DNA of 57,085 nt, from NCBI GenBank assembly GCA_000934665.2, contig JYFJ02002463.1:1-57085 (forward strand), read 5' to 3'. Made by a program: the position numbers and the translations under genes. This document shows positions 40,001 through 50,496 of the stretch, in pieces (the stretch's first letter is position 1; each line of letters starts with the position of its first letter). The DNA comes from Catajapyx aquilonaris. Lineage: Eukaryota. The notes beneath the pieces were generated by a model. It worked only from the letters and a program-made list of their open reading frames with translations. It was not told where the DNA came from and did not search any database.

Positions 40001-41087
40001 TTGCGACAATGATTGAAAATTTAAGATCTCGGAACACTCCCACCTACCAAAAACATTTAGGTGACTAAAAACTTCATTACAGCCACACAGTACTTACTTT
40101 TTCAATGTGGTACCAGTATTGTTGTTTATAAATGCAATAAAATTTTCTTTGAAGCCACTTCTATGCCATGTTCTGGTTATTAAAAAGCAAAGTTACTAGG
40201 TAATGCAATTTAAAGTTGCATAGCTGCTGGCTACCCCATTGTTGGGATTATGTGGTGATGCAATGAATGAATGAAGGAATGAAGAGCATAATTTGATTTT
40301 AATCGGAATTTTAGGAATGTGTGGAAATTATGCATATTCACTTCAGATATGAAATTCCTCTCCTGATAACCCAGAAATGGTTCCATCAGTTGCCTTCATC
40401 ATACGTGTGTATGAAGGTTGTAAACAAAATATGTACAAAATGTAGGATTACTTGACCAGATCTGGGCAATTACATTCTTTCAGTATAATCTTTCGCTATT
40501 TTATGCATTATTTTCCAAAGTTGTCGGAGCCGCTCGATTAGGTCAAAAGACTATTTCTTGTATATATCAGCCAAGGTCTGGTCTATTGATCGAGGAGCCT
40601 CTCACACATCACAAAATCAAATGAAATGCACTGGACTCATCTTATGATAATCCAGTGCAGGAGCGACTCACATCTGTGTTAACGGTAAACGGTTTGAGTT
40701 ACTGCATTTCCAACCCTCGCATTTAAAAATGCTATTGTTTAGAGACAACTGTGGTTTCACTGAGGCAACATGATGCAAGCCACACACTCGAGGTATCTTC
40801 AGGCAAATAAAACAAAGCAAATGAATGACATTCTTCATTCATTGATGTTGTGATGATGAATGATGGAATGAATCTCTGTCAATATCTAGTAGTATAGCTG
40901 GCCATCTATTGCAACTGCCAAGTTGACAAGTTCCTTAGTTCACGCTATTCTTAGTGTGTGTAGCAGACATTTGCATAAGCTGGGGGCAGAAATCATGCAG
41001 GGGCAAACCTGAAAAGATACCCATCCTCCACTGCAAAACTGAAAACATATATATATATATGCCAAACACTAACATACTCAGGTAAGA

Positions 41088-41322
41088 TGGTTGGTTGGTT
41101 TGTTGGTTGGTTGTGCCAAAGCAACTAAGGCTACTGGTATTCATGTGATTGGCTTTTGGTAGTGGTAGGAAATGGGAGAACCTCGAGAAAACACCCACGC
41201 AAACACAGCGAGAACCCATCGAAATTCTTCCACATAAGTGTCCACCATCTGACCCGGGGATCGAACTCAGGACCTTAGAGGTGGAAGGCTGTGGCATTAA
41301 CCACTACACCACTGTGTCGCCC
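41088..41322 (-). mobile_element. tRNA-derived SINE with V-domain-like body and (CAAC)n tail
   Basis: Minus strand: A box TGGTGTAGTGG, B box GAGTTCGATCC, body GTTCTCGCTGTGTTTGCGTGGGTGTTTTCTCGAGGTTCTCCCATTTCCTACCAC, tail CAACCAACC. Confidence 0.85.
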
Positions 41323-43897
41323 TACTCAGGGAAGAACCTTGTTCAAATATGATCACAGAGGTAATTAATTCTACTCTATGACAATTTGAATGACAAAAGG
41401 TCATAAGACTGCATAAAAATTACTGAGCTAATAATCAGCAGCAATAAAATCATTGGGATAAGCAAGAGAAACTTAAAATTTCACCTCGTGGCATGTATGT
41501 TGTACAAATTAGATGCAAAAAAACCTGCAACTTTTTTTTTACCTGAGGCTGGATTCATGCAATAAAGTCCAGCTGTTTATAACTGGCTTTTGGATGTACT
41601 TCTGGGCCTAATGCAATTGCTTAGGTCCTAAACTACACCAACGAACTAGAACAAACAAACCCTCCTTTTTTTTGTGAATCCATCCCTGATGTGGTACTAT
41701 GGGAGTAAGAAGGTTTTGCAAATGGAAGCAAATAAATGCTGGGATACACAAAGCATTAAATTAAACAAAAGGACGTTAAAATCATTCATACATCCCCTTC
41801 ATTTTCCGATTATTACAAGCTTTTTTTTTTTTTGCCAGTAACCAATTTGACTTGCCAACACCTATTACAATTATGCATTTGTTTCACATTGATTCATGCA
41901 GAAATGTCATCACAGAGTTTGAGTTTTAAAAGGTCTTGTGATCACAACGGCGACCTTCACAAGGCTGCAAATCACTTCAGCAGTTGCAGTGATTAATCTC
42001 AGAATTCAAGGCAACGTGGCTTTTTCAACACTTGCGCATCTTTTCCCTTGCATCACTTAATCAATAAAGAATGTTCATTAAATTATGCCCCAACTTAAAA
42101 TAACCTCTCTAATATTGGCTCCAGCACTCATTCAGTGAACAGCACGAAGCCCTTACAAAATAATGAAAGGTATCCGACATAGTTGTTCCACAAATTTACT
42201 CATAAGCAACATAACTCATAGAAAGTCATGAAACAGAAAATGATGTTATCACGGTCAATTTTAGGTTGGAGTGTAGCTAAATGGACACCCTTTACATTAT
42301 CTGAGAAGCACAGTACTTTACAAAAGCCATCTGAAAATCTTTACCTTCAGGATCTCAAGTACGCAGCAATAAACCTGACCATTTAGTACAAAATAAAATG
42401 CACAATTGCCAACGTGACACATGTGGGCAAGAAAATAAGGGTGAAGAAGAAAAAGGACTAGTGTGCACTATCACTGCGACATAATCACTTCCGAAAAAAA
42501 TACAAATACACACTCTTTTGTTTGGTGTCCTTCCCACAACCATACAGGCTATAACATGCTTCAACTCAGCATCTGAAATATTCAACCTTAATTCGTTATG
42601 ACCAAGTTGTTCAGATTGTAGCTGTAGCTGGGCGGGTAATCCCAAGTACAATCTGCATGACTTGGCCATTAACACAGAGCTTAATTTTGAATCCAAGATA
42701 CTGTGACAGCAACAGGTACAAGAGAAGTAAGCTAACTGTATGCAGTACAAATTGGAAACAAAGGTCAATATATCATATGTACAGTAACGCCTGGCAAACA
42801 ATGCAAAATATTAGTTATCATTTACAGAGCCATTTGACTTTCCTTTAATCCTCTTCATTCTGTGTGGGTGTCATTGAGATTGCAATTTCTTCTGCTATTA
42901 TTTGCAAACCTGCACAAACTACCTAATTAAAAATTCAATTTATCTTATGAAAATATCACACTAATATTGAGTCTTTTTTTCCTCTTCATATTTCTCACTC
43001 AAAAATGTTTAGTACTTCAAAAGTGTTTCTACATGACTTTCAAAGACACCTTTTTAAACTGAGGTCTAATGTACAGGGTGATTAGCACATATTCACTTGT
43101 AGAAATTAAATTTAGAGCTCCGGTGCCCATGATTGTAAAAGAAAGAGAACCAAACAACCACCAAAATATAATTATATTATAATTATAATTATATGTAGTA
43201 AATTCAATATTGTTTGCCTTCTCATAGAGAGAGAGTCAAATCAGGCTTACACCTCCTGCCATCAATTTACATCATAATGCATGCAATTCTTGGGCTCTTA
43301 CATTCATTCCTGAATACCCTGCAAATAACTGGGAATATGGCCTCATAAATCTAACCCAAGATATGCAAGCATTCTTATATAAACTGACATCATAAAATAA
43401 CAAGGAGGTAACCACATCCTGAAGCTGTTGTACACTGCCCCTGAGGAACCAGGTTAAAAGCGAGAACTAACAAATTTAAGTAGAACCAGCCTGGAATTAG
43501 CAGCAACCAGCACAGAACCGGTAAAATCAAGAAGGAACTGGTGCACACTTTCATGACACATGGTTACCCTTTAAGAAAATAAGGCATGTCTTGACTAACC
43601 CAGTATATTGGCATCCTTAACTTAAAACCTTCAAAAGGTGATGCTGCAAGCTTCTCATGATACATTTAAAAAAATGTTGCCAACATTACGAGGAAGCCTT
43701 TCATATACTGTGTAATATAGAGGAAACTCCATAAAAATCTGCAATTATTTTTCCATATTAACTATTTTAAATAACCACATAACTGTTATGTACAACTTGC
43801 TTTTCAACCCCACCATCCTGACCAATTAAAAAGTCTAACATCTAATATGTACACTTGATAAACTTTTTTATGAACAGGCACACACCTGTTTTAAAAT

Positions 43898-46800
43898 TCA
43901 CTCAGTTTGGATGTCTGGTTTTCCATTCACTGTTGCAGCCTCACTCTTTCCTTCTTGTTTTGTCACAATTTTCTCCTCCTTGGATGGTAATGGTTGATTG
44001 ACAAGTGAAGAAAAGAATGGCATGAGTGGTGGTGGTGAGTGACAAAGTGTTGTTGGTGACCTCGGTAGCCTCTGGTGCGCACCAAGAGGGGGCACTGAAG
44101 ACGGTCGGTCCAATGGTCGGTGAGCTGCAGGGGTGGTCATGCTTATGGTGGGCGGTAATGATGCATGGTATCCAAATGGAGGGGGTGGAACAGGAGCTGG
44201 AGAGTTGGACATAGATGTGAGCGCTTTCATGAGATTGGGAGATATGCTGGAGCCGAACAACGGCGCGAGGGAAGGGTTTGGCATAGGGATTAATGCAGGG
44301 TGACGAGGTCGGTTTAATGGAGAAAGGTTAGGACGTGCAAATTTATATGGGCAAGGTGGTAATCCATAGGGTGGTGGGATTGGCAAGTGTGCCATTGGTG
44401 GTTGCAAAGGTAATGATACTGATGATGACGTTGGTGCTTTGGGTGTCATAGATGCACTTGTAACAGTCGAAGTAGGTGCTTGTTTTGGCCCCTGGTCCTG
44501 CCCCTGGGCAGGAAACATTGGCTTGACGCCAGCTGCCGGATTTCCAAGATATCTTGGAAGGTTTCTGGCTTTAAAGAACCGTGGTGGCTTTGAGTCTGGT
44601 CCGTTCACGGACAAATTGCCTGCGTTTGCATTTGCATTGCTGCCATTTGTAGCCTTTGGAACAGGCGAAAGCATGTTTCTGGATATACTTGGGTTCCAAG
44701 TCTTAGGTGGTGCTTTCAGGGTCTTGTATCCAACACGCGATGAGGATTTCTTCTGGGAGGCATTTGTCTGGGGCTTGGCAGGTTTCTGATCTTTGGGGAC
44801 TTGCTGAGGGTCTTGTTTTGCTTCACCTTTTTTCCCTGCATCACCATGGGTGACCGATTCCTTCTCAGCTAAAGCCTTTTCTTCAGGTTTTTTGTCACTG
44901 ACTACAGGATAACTCCCTTTCTCAGCTGCTACTTTCACGTCATTCTCAGCAGCAGCACCAGACTTGCTCGTGTCTAGGTCTGCCCCTGACTTGTCCGCGA
45001 TCTTTTCATCTGGTTTCTTTGCTGCCATTTCCTCAACACTCTTCTTGACACTGCTGTCTAACTTCTGTGCATCACCACCACTGTTCTTTGCACTCTCTTC
45101 GTTTTTCTGTTCAGTATCCTTCTTCATTTCACCCTCGCCATTTTTCGCCTCATTTTCATCTCTTTTCACCTCAACTTCGCCTCTCTTATCCTCATCTTCA
45201 CATTTATGTACCTCTGCCTTAGCTTTTTTCGATGCCTCAGCTTCATCTTTCTTGGTCTCATCACCATCATTCTTGTCCTTATCTAATTTGTTCTCCAAAA
45301 TTTTGTCCACGTTATGCTCACCCTTGTCTTTAACTTCTTTATCAGAAGTCACCTCCACCTTACTTTCAGTTTTCTTTTGCATATTATCAGGTTTATTCTC
45401 AACATCTTCAGGTTTTTCTTGCACTCGGTCAGGGGTATTTTGCACTTTCCCCCCCGTTTTCTTCTGTACCTTATCTTCTGTTCTTGTTGGCTTGTCCTCT
45501 ACCTGAACCTGCACCTTAATTTCACCACATGTTTTTTCTGCTTTGTCATCAACTTTTGTGCTAGCTTGTTTATTTTCCAACTTAATATCCACCTTACCTG
45601 CCTCTTCCTCCACCCTACCCTGAATCACCTCTTTTGTCTTACTTTCTACAAGTTGATTCACATTCACCTTGCCCTTGTCACTCTTTTTCAGAACTGCCTT
45701 TTCTTCCTGAATGTGCTCAACCACCTCCACATCTTCCTTCTTTCTCCTCTTTTCCATCTTCTCGTCGTCTTTCTTTTTATGCTTTTCCAGTTTCTTTTCT
45801 TCCCTCTCACGCCTCTTTTCCTCCTTCTTCTCCTCCCTTTCCCTCTTCTTCTCTTCCTTTTTCTCCTCCCTTTCTCTCTTTTTCTCTTCTTTCTTCTCTT
45901 CCCTTTCCCTCTTTTTATCCTCCTTCCCCTGCAGCTTCTCAGCTTTCTTCTTTTCCTGCTCAGCCTTCTTCTCCGCATCAATGTCCAAATCCTCTACAAT
46001 AACCATTTCTTCAATAGTGCTACCCGACACCGAGTCATCAATGCGGCCCGAACTAATCACTTCACTCTCTCTGGGACTGATCAGACTCTCCATGTCCATC
46101 ACACTGATCTCCCCACTCTCACTTATTTGTAGTTGCACCTCTTTCCACTCGCCCTTCTCATCACCCTTGTCTTCTGTCACATCCTCCTTTGCAGGAGTTG
46201 CCTTCACTTCACCTTTCACAGGATTTTCCCGCACTTCCAGTTTCTTACTTTCCTCAGAACTGCAATCCATCTTTTCTACCATTTTTGGCTTTTCCTTGTC
46301 ATCCAGCTTTAACTTCTTGTTGGGTTGCTCATAAATTCGGTAATATAACTGCATTGGGCCCACCTAAAAAGACATTGTGTGATTAATACATTTCGCTAAC
46401 AAAAAGGCAAACAATGAATTTCTGTCACATCAAATTCACAAGGTTCAAGCATTATCAGGGTCAATAAAAATAGTAAAAATATAGTCCATTATCATCAGAC
46501 TTAGGAAGCAGTTAAGTTAGCAAGAAACACCTGTGCTACCAAGAAGCACATCATATTAGGTAAGCTTGGTATAACCATTGGTCATTCATGAATATAAATT
46601 AATGCATACTATACATCAAGTATATGAACAATGTAATCCTACCCAGCTACTCCATTTTACACTTCACAAAATTGTGCACACCAAAAGAAGAAGTAGAGTT
46701 AGTACCCTTTTCCACAAGTATATGTATGCAATGTCCATCAGCGTGTAGTTCTCCCGGAGTGGTTCATCAGTGTACATGATGTCTACTCTGTATTCTGGAG

Positions 46801-47636
46801 TCAAGCCAAATTTGGCACGGATGAGCTTCTTGAGGTTACCAATGCTCACAGCCGCTGGACATCTTAAGTACCTCCGAAGAGATTCCTAAAAGTAGAAACA
46901 ATGAGCAAACCCTGACTATCATGATCACAAACAAATATACTTTTGCTTCTTCCTCCTCCTTGGTAAGGACTGAGCTTTCCTTCTTCCTGTTCCACACATA
47001 GTCCAATGAAAGGCTAATGGATTCATCAGGGGAATAGATGAAATGCAGATGGGGAGTTTCACCTCCGTCTTCACTGTTAACGGGGTTGGCATCCTTGCGA
47101 GACTTGTAGAAATCACGCCTCTTCTGCATCTCACCTGAAAAGATTTGTGAAAATGGGAGAATAACATGGCTCGACATAACATACTACCCCATTGAGAGGA
47201 GTATAAATGGGATGTGCAAAAATTACAAGAAAAAAAATACGCATAAAATAATCAAATGAAAACATATTTAGCACTTACTGTGGAACAACCCGGGCACCAA
47301 CTTGTACACAACATCTTGAAGGGTTTGATCAGATCTGATATTTAACAATGGTTTGGTCTTGTGGACCTGGACATCACAGATTGGACAGTATTTGCTGGTT
47401 TCCAAGTACTTAATTATGCATGCCCTACAAACTGCAGGAGAACAATCACATTCAATTATCATTGTAAAAATTAATTATTCATTTTTCACTCTGTAGGCTA
47501 CTACTCAAGCCTCCAAGTACTTACATGAGTGCAGACATTCAATTATGGTGGTTGCATCAATGAAATATCCTCCACAGAGTACACATATTAAGTGGGGATT
47601 TAGTTCCGTGATTTTGATCTTGGTGGTTTGGTGCAT
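43898..47636 (-). CDS. BMI1: Polycomb PRC1 RING protein BMI1/Posterior sex combs with long C-terminal tail
   Basis: Exons 47636-47525, 47431-47279, 47134-46941, 46885-46706, 46363-43898. [44 protein letters not shown]...[76 protein letters not shown]. Confidence 0.94.
45785..45916 (-). repeat. Coding 33-bp (11-aa) tandem repeat [11 protein letters not shown] x4
   Basis: Read directly from the translation of the last BMI1/Psc exon; the fourth copy is [11 protein letters not shown]. Confidence 0.9.
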
Positions 47637-47726
47637 AATACCTGTAGGCTCCCTGCACTGTAACATGTATGTAACAAATAATTAGACATTAAGTAAAGAA
47701 ACTCATGTGTCAGTTAAGTCAAATAT

Positions 47727-48266
47727 GGGTCATTCCAGCTCAACTGAGTCAAGGTGTTGCTCGACCATCTCCCGATTTTTCTGAAAAAAAATCACGGTTG
47801 TACATACCCTAGACCTAATGTGAAATATCACATTTCAGCCCTATTGCGCAACACTGGTGGGAGTGGTGCCCTCCAAAAATTTGGCCCGGGCCGGAAATCA
47901 GCCCTTTTGTGGCGAATTATTTCGGTATGAGACCCTCATCCAAACCCATCAAACATAATCAAAAGAAAGAGGAAGATGAGGAGAATGCAGCTATGGAAAT
48001 GGTTTCACTGACAAATTCAACCAGAAAAAAACGTGCCTAGCTTTACATTGGTCAAATTTTGGGTTTGGACGAGGGCCTCATACCGAAATAATTCGCCAAA
48101 AAAGGGCTGATTTCCAACCGGGCCCAAATTTTGGAGCACCCCCTCCCACCAGCATTGCGCACTAGAGTTGAAATTTGATGTTTCGCATTAGGGCATGTCC
48201 AACCACGATTGTCTTCAGAAAAATCGGAGATGGTCGAGCAACACTTCGACTAAGTTGAGCTGGAAT
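47727..48266. mobile_element. Non-autonomous DNA transposon with about 220-bp TIRs in BMI1 5' intron
   Basis: GGGTCATTCCAGCTCAACT..GTGTTGCTCGACCATCTCC...GGCGAATTATTTCGGTATGAG..CCAAACCCA is mirrored by TGGGTTTGG..CTCATACCGAAATAATTCGCC...GGAGATGGTCGAGCAACAC..AGTTGAGCTGGAAT. The right tip looks deleted. The ATAT|GGG start is Sola-like, unverified. Confidence 0.85.
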
Positions 48267-48968
48267 ATGTCATGACACCCTTGCACACACATCAGTAAAA
48301 CTACACTCTAGTCAGTGAGGGGTTACTCACTTAGGGTAGTCGTGTGGACATGTCTGGAATTCATCCAAGGATCAGAAAGTGAACCCCCAATTAGAGTCTC
48401 AAAAATTGGATGCATTCTTTTCAGTAAAATATGTAACAAATCATTCCATCAAACAGCTCAAAAAACCCACCATAATAAAATTTCAACTTGTACCATGACT
48501 CCTACCAGAATGGTACTTGACACAAATGCTAATTTGTAGATGCTGCAGCAACTAAAGGTGTTCTCCACATTGTTTCCCTCTAATCATAACTACAACTACT
48601 CCACACACAATTCCAGAGCTTTCCAGATACGGTCGAGTTGACTATCCAAACCAAACAGTGCCTAAATATTTGAAAAGATAGATAATACAGATGTCAGGAG
48701 GAAATGGGAATGAAAAAGTGGCAGGTAACAGGAAATGGAAGTGTATTGTAGCTTGCAAATCCCGTTTATTAACATGTCAATAGCTACATCCATACCAGTG
48801 TTTGTCTCTGTGACTGACAGACAAAACTCCCAAGAATGACAAGAAAAAAACTACCATTAGGAATGGGACCTGCATAAATATGATACCCAAACAGCAAAAT
48901 GGTAAACCTGTTTAGGTCCTAATGTACGATACGCAACACAGGTAACTTAAACATACAATAATCGAGTA

Positions 48969-49291
48969 CACTGCACTCCCGATTATCTGGGTGCGGATTA
49001 TCTGTACTGGGGGTGATCCATGCATCCCCACAAACAAAAGTCAAAAGTCTGAAAGAATGTCAGTATGCCTCAAAAGCAAAAAAATCTGAGACTTTTTCCA
49101 GATGACATAACAAAAGTGTAAATGTACAATGTACATTTTATTATTTTGATTATACCTGATTTAAAGCAGCACACTGTTTGTACAGTAGTTCATTTTTACG
49201 GTATCTGGGACCATTTTCGGATTATCATTTTTTTCCCAATTACCCAGTGACACCGGTGCATTAATTGGTATGGATAATTGAGAGTGCAGTG
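48969..49291. mobile_element. pogo/Tigger-type MITE
   Basis: TA|CACTGCACTCCCGATTATC...GATAATTGAGAGTGCAGTG|TA. Confidence 0.8.
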
Positions 49292-49775
49292 TATTTATAT
49301 GAACCAGTCAATTATATCTTTGGGACTGGTATAACTATTAAGAAGACCCAAATTAAATTGAAAAAAAGAAAAAAAAACTTGTGAGTTACAGCCTCTGTTC
49401 ATCACAAATACAGGGTGATCTAAATTCATTGTTCATTCAGTTTGCAATTTTTCTACTACACAGTTTACGACATTAGGCATTTACTCCTACTGTACTGTGG
49501 CATTTACCCAGAACAAGGTGTAGAACAACTGCACTGTACAAGTGCACATGCTGGCGAAGTTGCGAGAATGCATAAAGCCAGATCTGGAATGGGACTTGAA
49601 TCTCACGTGATGTTCAAGACAGATGGAAATCAAGCCCAAGATGGGTTGAGACTTGAGTTGGGAACTGAGCACTCTGGTTACTTAGTTTACCCTATTTTGA
49701 TTTCAATTTTATAAAATGCCAATAATTTTTTTAAATGTTGCAGCTTTATGTCCCTATTCACACTGTTTCACAGTA

Positions 49776-50113
49776 CAGGTTGAGAATCCTACCAATCCTT
49801 CCAAAATCCTAAAATCCCCACATCCAAGAGTTTTTAGTCTACATGATGCCCCACCCATGGAACATTTTACGACAGCATAACGACTGGAATTATTTCCCAT
49901 GTCTGTACATATACATAATTACACATACTAAAAATGTATATAAATGACCTGGAGGGTTATTGTGTACCCTCTATTAAGAAATGTGAATGGATATCGTGTT
50001 CATGCATTTACCCCGTCTCAAAGCTGTCCCATTTTATCGATGACCAAGATAAATATTCTAAAATCCAAAGCACTTCATGTCCCAAGCATTTCAAATAAAG
50101 GATTCTCAACCTG
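49776..50113. mobile_element. Tigger4/Zombi-like MITE
   Basis: TA|CAGGTTGAGAATCC...GTCCCAAGCATTTCAAATAAAGGATTCTCAACCTG|TA, with AAAATCC subterminal repeats. Confidence 0.85.
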
Positions 50114-50496
50114 TACATATTTTCTAAAGAAGTTAAAGCATGACATCAGTCCCCACCCTCACTACATGCTCTCATGCTGAAATAAACCTCCCCCCTCTGC
50201 CTACCAGCATGACACAAGTTATCGATGACCCCTACGTATGAATTTATGTAGAGTTTGCTTATTAATAAATCCCGACGTCACTGGTCCACTTACACTACAC
50301 ATATCTAACACACAACCCACTAACAACATTTGCTTCAGGTTATCTTTTCATATGACCTGTAAACCTTAAATCAAGTACATATTTCCACAGCATAAACGCC
50401 TCAACTAACAGGTCACACTGCATGAGAATGAAAATAAATAGGTACTGTTACCATACCTACTCTTATTTTCCCTGTCATGCATGTTAAAATACATAA

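Noticed and set aside
41250..41322. tRNA-like sequence
   Set aside because: Continues into a SINE body and tail; no complete acceptor stem, so not a tRNA gene.
37949..42848. Scattered 60-150 aa ORFs
   Set aside because: No domain features or exon structure; consistent with UTR or intergenic DNA.
44964..46386. Long + strand ORFs rich in F/S/L (180-272 aa)
   Set aside because: Antisense shadows of the K/E-rich BMI1/Psc exon.
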